Source: a virus | IMG/VR virus record: IMGVR_UViG_3300017917_003388 | Span: 1-64,000 of that record | DNA length: 64,000 bases | Strand: one strand, 5' to 3' | Shown: piece after piece, positions 42,377 through 53,134 of the stretch | Layout of the letters: each line of letters starts with the position of its first letter | Numbering within the stretch: position 1 is the first letter of the stretch | The notes under the pieces: generated by a model | What the model was told of the DNA's origin: nothing | Seen by the model: only the letters and a program-made list of their open reading frames with translations | Database searches by the model: none | Made by a program: the position numbers and the translations under genes

Positions 42377-43666
42377 TTATTGTTTTATTTTTTGTAATGT
42401 GGGAAGTATAAGTTGGGTTTGCTTGGGAAATTCAGGAATAATATCTAAATATTCTTTCAATTTTTCAGTCATTTTTTCAAATGAAAAATTTTGTTTAGCA
42501 AAAAATGATTGTCTTGTCGCTCCATCTTTATAATTTTTATAATTTTCAAATACATCTCTTAATATATTAAATACTTGATTTACATCAGGAGAAAACCATT
42601 TAGCTTCAGATAATAACATATTATTAGCAGCACTTGGATGAACATTTGTTAATTTGCCTCCAATTAATGGAGAAAATTCAGCTTTTAAAAAATCAATATG
42701 GCCACTCCAATTAGTTGTAATTATTGGTTTTTTACTTTGAGTAAATTCAAGTAATGGACGACCGAAACCTTCTCCTTTAGTTAATGACACCATTGCTTTA
42801 ACCTTAGGATGATTATATATATAGTTCATTTCAATATCTGTAAATTCTCCATGGAGTAAATATATATTTGGTAAATCAACAGAATTTACAGTTGAACGTA
42901 TAGATGATATTCTTTTTAAAATTTCATCTCTATCCATATAAGATGAACCAACTATCGATGTTTTTAAAATCAATGCAGGTTTTTGTTTTTTATTTTTAAA
43001 TGTTTCCAAAAATGTTTTTATTAATAAACCTACATTTTTACGATCTTCCCCTAAATTACCTGGAAGCCATGTTCCGCAGAATAAGAAACAAAAATCTTCT
43101 TTAATATCGTCTCTTAATGTTTTAACAACTGGGTTAGAAATATCTGGTAAAATCTTATTGTATGTATTTGTATCTATTCCTTCAAACAATACTTCCATTT
43201 TAGTTTTTAATTCAATAATTCCTTCAATCTGTTTAGTTTGATTATTGGTTTTATTAAATTTAGAATTTATAAAGCTTTGTTTTGAATGTTCTGATGATAC
43301 TAGTACTAAATCCATTCTATTACAACCTTCGATCCATTCTGCTGGTACTATATCTGTTTCTAATCCTGCAGTGATACCAATATTATATTTACCTATTTTT
43401 TGAAATTCGTTAGGTACTGTAATCCATATAAAAATATCAGGTTGAGATGTTAGAGGCCCACTATGTATGTATTTAGTTAGAAAATCCCATTCTTTATTTT
43501 CTTCAATATAACCATGGGGACAGTTTCCCCAGTTACATGGAATTATTTTTATATCCCATTCATTCTGTTTTAATTCAATTAATGATTTAACTATATCTCT
43601 ACTTCTTTGTGAATATCCACTATATACATCTATAGGACAATATATAAAACAACTATTTTTATTCAT
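42377..43666 (-). CDS. glycosyltransferase family 4 (GT-B)
   Basis: RKNVG, GEGFGRPLLE, TNWSGHIDF. Confidence 0.9.
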   Translation of the reverse strand: MNKNSCFIYCPIDVYSGYSQRSRDIVKSLIELKQNEWDIKIIPCNWGNCPHGYIEENKEWDFLTKYIHSGPLTSQPDIFIWITVPNEFQKIGKYNIGITAGLETDIVPAEWIEGCNRMDLVLVSSEHSKQSFINSKFNKTNNQTKQIEGIIELKTKMEVLFEGIDTNTYNKILPDISNPVVKTLRDDIKEDFCFLFCGTWLPGNLGEDRKNVGLLIKTFLETFKNKKQKPALILKTSIVGSSYMDRDEILKRISSIRSTVNSVDLPNIYLLHGEFTDIEMNYIYNHPKVKAMVSLTKGEGFGRPLLEFTQSKKPIITTNWSGHIDFLKAEFSPLIGGKLTNVHPSAANNMLLSEAKWFSPDVNQVFNILRDVFENYKNYKDGATRQSFFAKQNFSFEKMTEKLKEYLDIIPEFPKQTQLILPTLQKIKQ

Positions 43667-43672
43667 AATTTT

Positions 43673-44350
43673 TTAACTTATATTTATTTCTTTAACTTTT
43701 TCTATTGCTTGTGGTGGTATATTATTTAAGGTATAATATCCATGAATATAATTGGGGTCAGTATATAATTTCAGATAATCCCCAGGAACCATATATGTAT
43801 TTATTTTTAATATTGTCCAATTTTTTATTCCTGTTTTTTGGTAAAACATTTCTCCTAAACTTTCTATATCTTCTAAATCTTTAGATAAATAAACTCTATC
43901 AGGATGGTATGATGCTTTTGATCTTGACTTAGGTACTAATCCTATGCTTAAAATTTTATCTACATTTTGTGTTGGAGCAATATGATAGAGAACTTGAGGT
44001 ATTTTTTCAACTATTTCTTCATCAAATTTAGCTTCAAATCTTAATCTAATTCCACCTTCTTTAAAATATTTTTCATCCCATTTTCCTGTATATCCTTCAG
44101 TTTCCATAAATGAAGGAAACCATCCTAAAATATTAGCATCTTTGATAATATCATTTAAATTGTTAATATTTGTATGAAATGTTTTAACATAAAATGAATT
44201 TCTACTTTTTGTAAATATAAATTTAGATGAATATTTTTTCTCTAAGATATTAAGTGTTTTTCCAATATTAGTAGTTTTAATTAAACCTTCTTGAAGATTT
44301 AATTCATATTCTTCTTTATATATTTCTAATAGTATATTGAGTAATTTCAT
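43673..44350 (-). CDS. Tpt1/KptA-like ADP-ribosyltransferase-fold protein with leader
   Basis: LYHIA...ILSIGLVP...RVYLS...IPPQAI. Confidence 0.6.
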   Translation of the reverse strand: MKLLNILLEIYKEEYELNLQEGLIKTTNIGKTLNILEKKYSSKFIFTKSRNSFYVKTFHTNINNLNDIIKDANILGWFPSFMETEGYTGKWDEKYFKEGGIRLRFEAKFDEEIVEKIPQVLYHIAPTQNVDKILSIGLVPKSRSKASYHPDRVYLSKDLEDIESLGEMFYQKTGIKNWTILKINTYMVPGDYLKLYTDPNYIHGYYTLNNIPPQAIEKVKEINIS

Positions 44351-44351
44351 A

Positions 44352-45803
44352 TTAATAAACTAATTTATGATTTAATGTTTTTTTAAATACATGTTTAGTA
44401 TTAATAAGTTCAAACTTTTCACGGGGTACCCAAGTTTCGAATAAATCATCTAAGGTATTTATAATTTTTATTCCCATCTTCTCCCCAGTAAATCCAGCTT
44501 CATCTGATATAGCCCATTCTCTTCCTTTTAATCCTCTTTCAATACGTTCAGCTTTAGACATACTATATGCTTCTTTAATTCTAATAGATGCATCTTCAGG
44601 TGTACATCTATCATCCCAAATATAAGGTGTTATAGGTGAACCTTGAATTGAACGATTTGTTGGGTAAACAGGTAAAGCCCATTCTCCACATTCTTTAATA
44701 GTACCATTATGATTAGAAGGAAATTTATTATCAAACTCTACCCATTTTCCATCTTTAACAAAACGCATTTGATCTTGCATTCCTCCAGTTACATTTGCTA
44801 TAATCATTTTTCCAGCTAATAAAGCTTCAGTTAAAGATAATCCCCATCCTTCATTTGATGTTAATAAAATTTGAGTATCAGATATATTATATAAGTAATT
44901 CATATATTTAGGATCTAATACTTTATCTGAAAATATTATATTGTATTTATTACCTAATTCAAAACCAAAAAGAAATTCACATACTGCATTTAAATCTGTA
45001 CCATTATCATCTATAATTTGGGTATGTAATATAAAGGCACATTCTCTAGCTTTTTCTTCAGGTAATGAATCAATAAAATATTTATATGCTAAAAGAGTAT
45101 CAGGAATTTGTTTACGTCTAATGTTTCGTGAGTTGAAAAATAGAATAAAATCATATTCTTTTCCTTTAAGTATTGTATTCTTAAATTGGTTAAATTCTGC
45201 AGATTGTTTTTCATCTTCAGATAATGGTTTAAAAACATTATGATCTAATCCATGAGGAACATAAGTTATAATCTTAGAATTTTTATCAGGACCTAATACT
45301 AATTTATTTATGTTAACTGTTTGTTTAGAAATCCCCAATAATGCATCGCATGCTTCATAAAATGGTTTATTATACATAGGGGCAGGATAATTATCCCAAA
45401 TATTAAGATAAATTATAGGTATTTTACGACGAATTTCGTTTTCTATTTGGAATAACCACATAAAATATCTAGGATCAGTTATCAGAAATATAGCATCTGG
45501 TTTTTCAGTTTTTATTAAATGTCTTATTAGATTGGGGTCTCCATAACCATCTGTTGGATATAAGAATACAGACGAATCTGTTAATCCAGTTATTTCATTA
45601 GTATTTTGGGATAAATCTAATCGCTTTCCTTTTTCAGGATGATTAATAGCTCCAGAGATTTGTACCCAGTTAAAATGATGACATGTATTTATAACTATTT
45701 CTCTACCTACCGTTGCTACTCCGGAATGAACCCTAATATCATCTGATATTAAAAGTATTTTTTTACGTTGGGATTGGGGAAGGTATTTGAATTTTTCTTT
45801 CAT
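44352..45803 (-). CDS. glycosyltransferase family 4 (GT-B)
   Basis: SGVATV, RNIRRK, NEGWGLSLTEA, TGGMQDQ. Confidence 0.9.
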   Translation of the reverse strand: MKEKFKYLPQSQRKKILLISDDIRVHSGVATVGREIVINTCHHFNWVQISGAINHPEKGKRLDLSQNTNEITGLTDSSVFLYPTDGYGDPNLIRHLIKTEKPDAIFLITDPRYFMWLFQIENEIRRKIPIIYLNIWDNYPAPMYNKPFYEACDALLGISKQTVNINKLVLGPDKNSKIITYVPHGLDHNVFKPLSEDEKQSAEFNQFKNTILKGKEYDFILFFNSRNIRRKQIPDTLLAYKYFIDSLPEEKARECAFILHTQIIDDNGTDLNAVCEFLFGFELGNKYNIIFSDKVLDPKYMNYLYNISDTQILLTSNEGWGLSLTEALLAGKMIIANVTGGMQDQMRFVKDGKWVEFDNKFPSNHNGTIKECGEWALPVYPTNRSIQGSPITPYIWDDRCTPEDASIRIKEAYSMSKAERIERGLKGREWAISDEAGFTGEKMGIKIINTLDDLFETWVPREKFELINTKHVFKKTLNHKLVY

Positions 45804-45828
45804 AAACTTTTATTTTGTTATTTATTTT

Positions 45829-46020
45829 TTATAGATCTTTAATATCAGGGATATTATGATTGGTTATCAATTTTCTAAATTCAGAATCATTAAGATATAA
45901 ATCCATTGCTTTATTCACTAATTTATTTAGAGAAAATTTTCTTCGAACACATTCAATCTTAAAGTTATTAAACAATTCTTGATTTACTTTAACTGATGTT
46001 AATTGAGTTTTATCTTCCAT
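45829..46020 (-). CDS. ribbon-helix-helix DNA-binding protein
   Basis: LTSVKV...LF..FK...SLNKLVNKAMDLY. Confidence 0.7.
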   Translation of the reverse strand: MEDKTQLTSVKVNQELFNNFKIECVRRKFSLNKLVNKAMDLYLNDSEFRKLITNHNIPDIKDL

Positions 46021-46063
46021 ATTATTTATATAAATTTATTTATATATAAATATATTAAGATTT

Positions 46064-47038
46064 TTAATCTATTACAAATTTGAATTTAGATGTTTTTTTC
46101 TCTTTACCTTTATCACATAATTCAGGCATTTTATTAAACATACAATATTTACATGTTTTGGGATCAGGAGTAGGTTTATGTTCTATATTTTTATATGAAC
46201 CATCAATGTTGAATACATTTTCTATAAAATTCTCCAAATGTTTTCTTGCATTTTTTATCTTATTTTTTCCACTGATTGGAGAATATTCTTGAATTCTTTT
46301 AGAAAAAATAGATTCTTCCCATATTTTTCGTTTAAGTATAAAAAATTTAACATCAATTTTATCTTCAGATATACCAAATTGCTCGCTAAATATTGATTTA
46401 TATAATAACAATTGGTTTTGTTTATGAATATCTTTTTTATCTTTATCTGACCATCCTCTAGATGATGTTTTTATATCATATATAATAAAAGTATCAGTAG
46501 ATTCACAATATAATACTAGATCTATAAACCCACCAAATACTACATTTGGGAATTTAGGATTAGGTGATATAACTAATGGTATTTCTACACCTACTAAGTA
46601 ATAATCTTTTTTTATAAAATATTCTCTTCGTTTATCTTTGATAAATCTTAATATTTCTATACCATCATCAAAAAATTCAGACATTTCAGATGCATTACTA
46701 AAATGTTTAGATTTATTTTTTTCATATTGTTTATTATAATTATCACGAAATGAATTTTCAAAAAAGTTTTCAATATCAAATTCATCAGCTTGAACACTAT
46801 TTTCTTCATATAATATATGGAGAAAATGTTGTATAGTTTCATGTAATGCTGTTCCAAACACAGTATGTATGTTAGAGGTAAAGGCTTTATGACCTTCTTT
46901 ATATTGTAATGACCATTTTTTAGGACATGAAGCATACATAGACATTTGAGAGACAGATACGTTTTTTTGAAAACTATAATCTATCTCTCTATTTGGTATT
47001 GATTTAATTTTTTGAATTATTTCTGGGATCTGTCTCAT
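46064..47038 (-). CDS. PD-(D/E)XK RecB/Cas4-like exonuclease
   Basis: CPKKW, FGTALHE, GFIDLV, YDIKT, QL..Y, CKYC...C. Confidence 0.9.
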   Translation of the reverse strand: MRQIPEIIQKIKSIPNREIDYSFQKNVSVSQMSMYASCPKKWSLQYKEGHKAFTSNIHTVFGTALHETIQHFLHILYEENSVQADEFDIENFFENSFRDNYNKQYEKNKSKHFSNASEMSEFFDDGIEILRFIKDKRREYFIKKDYYLVGVEIPLVISPNPKFPNVVFGGFIDLVLYCESTDTFIIYDIKTSSRGWSDKDKKDIHKQNQLLLYKSIFSEQFGISEDKIDVKFFILKRKIWEESIFSKRIQEYSPISGKNKIKNARKHLENFIENVFNIDGSYKNIEHKPTPDPKTCKYCMFNKMPELCDKGKEKKTSKFKFVID

Positions 47039-47385
47039 TTATCGAGTAAATCAATTATTTTTTGTAAATATAATGATAAATCCATTGCTTCTTCTTGAGC
47101 ATGAATTAAATAATCCTTAATATTTAAATCTTCTCTATCTAGTGTTTTACCATATTTTTTTTCACCCATTTCTGCTCTTTTAATATATTTTTCTAAAACA
47201 GTTTGCACTATTGAATCGGGGGTGTAATCATTATATGTTATTTTAGGATATTGTTCTATTAATTTTAAAATCTCTTTTTCATTTTCTATAAATTGAAATG
47301 CTTTTATAGTTTCTTGATTGGAGATAGCCATTTCTTTTTGTTCCTGAATTAATTTTAGTTGAGATTTAAGTAATTCTAAACTCAT
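47035..47385 (-). CDS. possible all-alpha NTP pyrophosphatase-like protein
   Basis: RAEMGEKKYG...HAQEEAMDLSLY. Confidence 0.55.
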   Translation of the reverse strand: MSLELLKSQLKLIQEQKEMAISNQETIKAFQFIENEKEILKLIEQYPKITYNDYTPDSIVQTVLEKYIKRAEMGEKKYGKTLDREDLNIKDYLIHAQEEAMDLSLYLQKIIDLLDK

Positions 47386-47828
47386 TTTGATAATTTTTTA
47401 ATTTGATCTTTATCCAATCCCATAGAACTTAATATAGATTCAACCCAATTTTGATTAGTTAATTTAATATATTCTTCTGCTTCTTTTATAGAACATTCAA
47501 AATATTGAGCTATATATTGTGGTACTTCGGGTTTATATTTCTTATTTTTGGATTTAATATAAGGAGAATATGTGTTTTTAGATTGAGGTATTATAAAACA
47601 ATATAATTCATATAATTTTTTATTATCTTTTATATTCAATTTTTGGATATAATTCACTATATCTAAATATTTAGGATTCATACTTAATATCTTATGTATC
47701 ATAAAACCATTAAATATTTTATGTTCATCAGAATTAAATGAACTCCATGATTTTTTATAATCTATAATATTTTTTACCCAATCGAATATGGTAAATTGAT
47801 TTTTATATTTTGGAGTTATATTCTTCAT
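47382..47828 (-). CDS. clamp loader small subunit (gp62-like)
   Basis: IFDW, FMIHKILSM, YFECSIKEAEEY; context. Confidence 0.7.
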   Translation of the reverse strand: MKNITPKYKNQFTIFDWVKNIIDYKKSWSSFNSDEHKIFNGFMIHKILSMNPKYLDIVNYIQKLNIKDNKKLYELYCFIIPQSKNTYSPYIKSKNKKYKPEVPQYIAQYFECSIKEAEEYIKLTNQNWVESILSSMGLDKDQIKKLSK

Positions 47829-48080
47829 ATTCTTGACGTAATTCTTTGGGAAGTAAACTAGTTAATATTTTTCCTTCTTTATTTACAAATACTTGAATAG
47901 GAACAATAGCATCATCTGGAGTTCCTGTTAGGAATTTACTAATTTTTCTTAAAACTGTAGCTTCAAAAAATATTTGATTTCCATTATCATCAATAATTGG
48001 TGTAGATTGACTTATATCAATATTCATTTTTATTCCTTGTTGATTTGATTCCATAAAATTTTATTTTATTTAATTTTAAA

Positions 48081-48659
48081 TTAATTGTTTATTTCTGGTT
48101 TTTTATAATATTTCCATACTTCATCTAATTGTGAAATATCCTTAACCCACATTATCCAATCATCTGGGTTTATTTCTTCTTCAATTACATCTATATAAAA
48201 TGTTTTAGGGGTGAATGGAAATCCTTTTATTTCTAATGAAGAACTAATTCTATTTTTATCATTTATTGCATCTTCTCTACTTAAATATAAAGGACCAGTC
48301 CATGTAGTCCCATTAGGGCATACTTTAACTATTGCTGAATTATATGTTATAATATTATTATTTTTAAATAACCCAGATTCTCTTTTATTTTGATACATAT
48401 TTTCACCCCCCCAAAGCCCGCTAATATCTACCCATTCATCATCTTCTCCAGTAATAGGTTGTAGAGGTTTAAATAAGGCTAATTTTTCAAATATACTAAT
48501 AACAATATTTGCAGACATTCCTGAATGACCCTGGTTGGAAAATACATCTATTAATTCTAATACTGCTTTTCCCGTAGCTCCTCCATAAAAATCTCCAGTA
48601 TCATCTAATAATCCAGCCATTTTTAATTCTAGGGTTGCAAAATCTTTTAAATTACCCAT
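48081..48659 (-). CDS. conserved hypothetical protein
   Basis: QGHSGMSA, PITGEDDEW. Confidence 0.75.
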   Translation of the reverse strand: MGNLKDFATLELKMAGLLDDTGDFYGGATGKAVLELIDVFSNQGHSGMSANIVISIFEKLALFKPLQPITGEDDEWVDISGLWGGENMYQNKRESGLFKNNNIITYNSAIVKVCPNGTTWTGPLYLSREDAINDKNRISSSLEIKGFPFTPKTFYIDVIEEEINPDDWIMWVKDISQLDEVWKYYKKPEINN

Positions 48660-48665
48660 TTTTTT

Positions 48666-49586
48666 TTATTTTAATATTTCTAATATTTTATATATATATG
48701 CACAAAAATTTATTTCTTTATCTATAACAAAATTGGAATGATATAAGCCTTCTTCAATATTTATTATAATTAATCCTTCATTTCCCTTTCCATATTCTTC
48801 TATCCTATCATACAATGCTTTATATATATCTTCAAAATTACTTACATCTGAATCTGCTATTAATTGTCTTATATTATTAAATGATTTAGAATCAGGTTTA
48901 GCTAATATTTTTATAATAAGATCAATATACTCTTCAGAATTGTGGAAAGCACTATTTAATACTAATTTATCATTGACTATATATTTTTGACAATTATTTA
49001 TTATTTTTCTAAAATCAGGATAAAATTTATTTACTATTGTTGCTATATCTTCTATATTATATTTAATTTCTTCTATATCCAAGATATTTACAACATGTTC
49101 TGCTATTATTTTTTTAGATGGGGGTAACAAATCAAATTCTTGTAATCTACTTCTGAGGGGTTCTATTAATCTTTCAGGATAATTACCTGTTAATATGAAA
49201 CGAGTAGTTAAACTATATGTTTCAATCATATTTAATAATAATACTTGAGAAGCGGATAAAATATGTGTTGCTTCATCTAATATTACTATTTTAAGAGGTT
49301 TAAATGATCCAGCAGCTGCAAATGAACCTACTTTATCTCTCATTACATCAATTGATCGTTCATCAGTAGCATTTATATATAAATAATCACAGTCAATATT
49401 ATTTACTAATAATTTAGCTAATGTAGTTTTACCTGAACCTGGTTTACCAGCAAGTAAAATATGAGGAATATCTTGTTTATTAATAAATTCTTCAAATTTT
49501 TGTCTATATTCATCCCTACATATGAATCCCATCAATGTGTTTGGACGATATTTTTCAACTAAAATTGTATGTTCTTTTTTACTCAT
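48666..49586 (-). CDS. clamp loader ATPase (RFC/gp44-like)
   Basis: VEKYRP, GKPGSGKTT, ILDEA, PLRSR. Confidence 0.95.
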   Translation of the reverse strand: MSKKEHTILVEKYRPNTLMGFICRDEYRQKFEEFINKQDIPHILLAGKPGSGKTTLAKLLVNNIDCDYLYINATDERSIDVMRDKVGSFAAAGSFKPLKIVILDEATHILSASQVLLLNMIETYSLTTRFILTGNYPERLIEPLRSRLQEFDLLPPSKKIIAEHVVNILDIEEIKYNIEDIATIVNKFYPDFRKIINNCQKYIVNDKLVLNSAFHNSEEYIDLIIKILAKPDSKSFNNIRQLIADSDVSNFEDIYKALYDRIEEYGKGNEGLIIINIEEGLYHSNFVIDKEINFCAYIYKILEILK

Positions 49587-49774
49587 AATATTGTTTATTA
49601 ATATTTTTCAATTTTACAATTAGGATATTTGTTTTTAACAAATTTTTCAGCTAATCTATATGGTAAATCATAAACTTCTATAAAATCTATTTCACCACTA
49701 GGTTTAGTAATTTGAAATTCAAATACGTTGATGTAATCGATATTCCTCTTTTTTTTACTCATATATTTTTTATT

Positions 49775-51394
49775 TTAATACATTTGCATTTCAGGTTTTT
49801 TATCTTCATTGTTTTTTTCAACAATTGCTGATTCAGTTAATAATATTAAACCAGCTACAGATGCTGCATTTTCTATAGCATTACGTGTTACTTTTGCTGG
49901 ATCTATTATTCCTGCTTCTTTCATATTGACAAAAGTTTCAGTTCTTATATTGTATCCTACCCAATTATCAGGTGTGTTTGTTAATCCACTTACTAATCCG
50001 TAACATTCTCCTTCACTATATCCAGCATTTGTTAATATTTTCATAAATGGTGAAGCACATGCTTCATAAACTATTGATTTTCCTATATTAAAATCATCTG
50101 AGTTATCTTTTGATTTAGTAATAGCTTCACTAGAATATAATAATGCCATTCCTCCTCCTGGAACAATTCCTTCTTCTAATGCTGCTTTGGTTGCATGCAA
50201 TGCATCGTCCACACGATCTTTCTTCTCTTTAATTTCTAATTCTGAATTTCCCCCAACATGAACTATAGCTACACCTCCTATAAATTTAGCTAAACGTTCT
50301 TGTAATTTCTCTTTTTCATAAGGAACTACAGATTTATCAATTTGAGATTGTAATTCTAAAATTCTTGTTTCTATTTTATCTGAATTTCCTTTTCCATCAA
50401 TAATTGTAGTTTGATCTTTAGTAATTGTAACTAAACGAGATTTACCAAACCAATCCCATGAAAATTTGTCTAATTTCATCCCTTTTTCATTTGAAAATAC
50501 TTCCCCACCAGTCATTATGGCTATATCTTCAAGAATTAATTTACGTCGTTCCCCAAAATCTGGGGCTTTAACAGCTGCTACCTTTAATGTGCCTCTCATT
50601 TTATTAACAATAAGAGTTGACAATACTTCTCCATCAATATCTTCAGCAATAATCAATAATGGTTTTCCAGTTCCTGATACATGCTCCAATACTGGAAGTA
50701 AGTCTTTGACTTGGGTAAATTTACGATCTGCTATCAATATAAATGGATCTTCTAAAGTACAAGTCATATCATTATTGTTGGTTACAAAAAAGTGAGATTT
50801 ATATCCTCTATCAAATTGCATCCCTTCTACAGTTTCAAGATATGTTTCTCCAGTTTTAGATTCTTCAATAGTAATTACTCCTTCTCTACCTACTTTATCC
50901 ATAGCTGTAGATATTAATTTACCAATTTCTGGATCATTATTAGCTGAAATTGTAGCTATTTGTTCAATTTGGTTTTCAGATGATATATCTTCCACTATAT
51001 TTTCTCTCATATAGTTTACTACTTCTTTAACAGCTTCATCAATACCTCGTTTTATATCTACAGCATTTGAACCTTTATCAATAAATGAAATTCCTTTATT
51101 AATCATATTTTGTGCTAAAAGAGTTGAAGTTGTTGTACCGTCTCCAGCATTGTTAGCTGTTTTTATAGATGCTTGTTTTATCATTTGAGCTCCTAATTCT
51201 TCAAAAGGATCTTCTAAATCTGAAATTTGTTTTGCTACTGATACTCCATCTTTTGTGGATTTAATTTCTCCAAATTCAGAATATATAACATTTCTTCCGT
51301 TAGGACCCAGAGTTGATGTAACAGCATTTGCTACTTTATCTATACCTGATATTATTTTTTTTCTAACTGATGAACCAAATTCTACTATTTTCAT
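49775..51394 (-). CDS. groEL: chaperonin GroEL
   Basis: [31 protein letters not shown]. Confidence 0.98.
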   Translation of the reverse strand: MKIVEFGSSVRKKIISGIDKVANAVTSTLGPNGRNVIYSEFGEIKSTKDGVSVAKQISDLEDPFEELGAQMIKQASIKTANNAGDGTTTSTLLAQNMINKGISFIDKGSNAVDIKRGIDEAVKEVVNYMRENIVEDISSENQIEQIATISANNDPEIGKLISTAMDKVGREGVITIEESKTGETYLETVEGMQFDRGYKSHFFVTNNNDMTCTLEDPFILIADRKFTQVKDLLPVLEHVSGTGKPLLIIAEDIDGEVLSTLIVNKMRGTLKVAAVKAPDFGERRKLILEDIAIMTGGEVFSNEKGMKLDKFSWDWFGKSRLVTITKDQTTIIDGKGNSDKIETRILELQSQIDKSVVPYEKEKLQERLAKFIGGVAIVHVGGNSELEIKEKKDRVDDALHATKAALEEGIVPGGGMALLYSSEAITKSKDNSDDFNIGKSIVYEACASPFMKILTNAGYSEGECYGLVSGLTNTPDNWVGYNIRTETFVNMKEAGIIDPAKVTRNAIENAASVAGLILLTESAIVEKNNEDKKPEMQMY

Positions 51395-51425
51395 AAATTT
51401 TATTTTTAATTTTGTTTAAATTTTA

Positions 51426-51710
51426 TTATTCTATAATTGATAATACAAGAGTTTCATTACATACCCAATATTCTTGATTATCTTCTTCTACTTTTACAGG
51501 ACCTATAGGTGGTAATATCACTTTTTGTCCTTCTTTTAAGGAAGTATTAATAAAAGTACCATTAATTGAAAAATGGCCAGGACCTACAGATACAATTGTT
51601 CCTCTTAACCCTACTTCTTTTCCAGAATCAGGAACTATTATTGAACCATATTGTTTCTCATTTTCCTCTTGGGGTTTTACTATTATATTATTATGTGTCG
51701 CTCGTAACAT
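51426..51710 (-). CDS. groES: co-chaperonin GroES
   Basis: GSIIVPD, GTIVSVGPG; adjacent to groEL. Confidence 0.92.
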   Translation of the reverse strand: MLRATHNNIIVKPQEENEKQYGSIIVPDSGKEVGLRGTIVSVGPGHFSINGTFINTSLKEGQKVILPPIGPVKVEEDNQEYWVCNETLVLSIIE

Positions 51711-51940
51711 ATGTTTAAGTTTATTAATTAGTTTTTTCTTCTATTAAATTATTTTCTTCTATTATTTGTGCATCGTCTATTTTATTTACAAAATAATATT
51801 TATGTTGTTTTTTTAACACTGTATCACAACCTAAATATTTTCTATATTCTTGTATTTCATCTTCATGTATTGTTTCTTCTTTAATAATTCTGTTAACAAT
51901 ATATAAGTTGTTTTTATAATTAATTATTATTTTATTCATT

Positions 51941-52717
51941 TCAAACATCTTTTTTAACAATATAATATGTGCTACTTATATTACCTACATTAAATGAAAG
52001 TTTTAATAATCCTTCTAAATTTATATCCATATATGCCGATTCTGCATCTTTATTTACATTTAATATTTCTTTAAATAAATCAGAATTAAATCCTAACTTA
52101 AAATCAGACATGGGATCAATAAATGATTCTGATAAATTAATTGTTGAAAGATTATCTTTTATAAAATAACTAACTTTATTAGAATATTCTATATCTCCAC
52201 CAAATATTAATTCCAAACTATATTCAGATGAAAGTTCAATATCTGAATTACATTTTATCATTACTGTAGAACTATCATCTAATGCTGATTTTGCTTTTAT
52301 AAGAGATTGAATTATTTCTTTGTTTAGAATTGTTTTCAAATTATACTCTTCAGGACCATTATATTTTCCTGCTTTAGGAATTGTGATAGTATCAGCTAAA
52401 GTATATGAAACATTAAATTGATCATCAAATATATTTAATTTACTATATATATTACCATGTTTGGTTAAATCAAGATATACATCATTATTCATAATTGATA
52501 TAAGCTTATTTAATTGAGAAGTATTAAATATACCTATATTTGAATCACACAGATTAAAATTATTATGAGAAATAATACCTACCATTTCCCTGTTGGGAGA
52601 AGTAATTTTAATATTCAAATTTTTATTTTCTATATTCCATTCAACTGATTCTATTAATCCATTTAAATAATATTTATTTATAAGAGACTGAAATTCTGGT
52701 TTTTTGATTAGAAACAT
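51941..52717 (-). CDS. DNA sliding clamp (gp45/PCNA-like)
   Basis: Size, FKEIL...GLLKLSF...STYY C-terminus, replisome context. Confidence 0.7.
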   Translation of the reverse strand: MFLIKKPEFQSLINKYYLNGLIESVEWNIENKNLNIKITSPNREMVGIISHNNFNLCDSNIGIFNTSQLNKLISIMNNDVYLDLTKHGNIYSKLNIFDDQFNVSYTLADTITIPKAGKYNGPEEYNLKTILNKEIIQSLIKAKSALDDSSTVMIKCNSDIELSSEYSLELIFGGDIEYSNKVSYFIKDNLSTINLSESFIDPMSDFKLGFNSDLFKEILNVNKDAESAYMDINLEGLLKLSFNVGNISSTYYIVKKDV

Positions 52718-52825
52718 ATGGTTTTTTAATTTTAATTTAAATATAAAATAAATAATTTTATAATCCCAATTATAGTAAAGAAGGAATATCTTGAAGATTA
52801 TTAGCTAATTTTACATAGATTTGTG

Positions 52826-52898
52826 TTTCAACAAAATTTATATTTTTATTCATATAATTTATTAATTAATTAGAGAGTATTACGTCTAAGTATACGTT
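52826..52898 (+). repeat. direct repeat copy of 28676-28755
   Basis: Ends at TATACGTT. Confidence 0.9.
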
Positions 52899-52906
52899 GT
52901 AGGCAA

Positions 52907-53134
52907 TTAGTTTGCTTTCTGTACTGCGTCTACCATTCCTTCAAGGCAATTATCACAGCAAGTCGGTTTAGCATCATCATTGCAATATTCGCAAACTAAC
53001 TGTTCGCTTCGCCCTACAACAGCGTGTTTACGCAATGCTTCTGCATACTCTTCTGCAAAATTCATAGCCATTTCTAATGTCCAATTCCTTGTTTCAACCA
53101 TTCGTGTTGATTTGTAATAATCTTTTGCTGTCAT
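52907..53134 (-). CDS. cassette ORF starting inside the attC loop; C-terminal CxxC..CC..C
   Basis: MTAKDYY...LRKHAVVGRSEQLVCEYC. Confidence 0.7.
   Translation of the reverse strand: MTAKDYYKSTRMVETRNWTLEMAMNFAEEYAEALRKHAVVGRSEQLVCEYCNDDAKPTCCDNCLEGMVDAVQKAN

Noticed and set aside
46064-47038. Cas4 of a CRISPR-Cas system
   Set aside because: Stand-alone phage RecB-like nuclease with no cas genes or array nearby.
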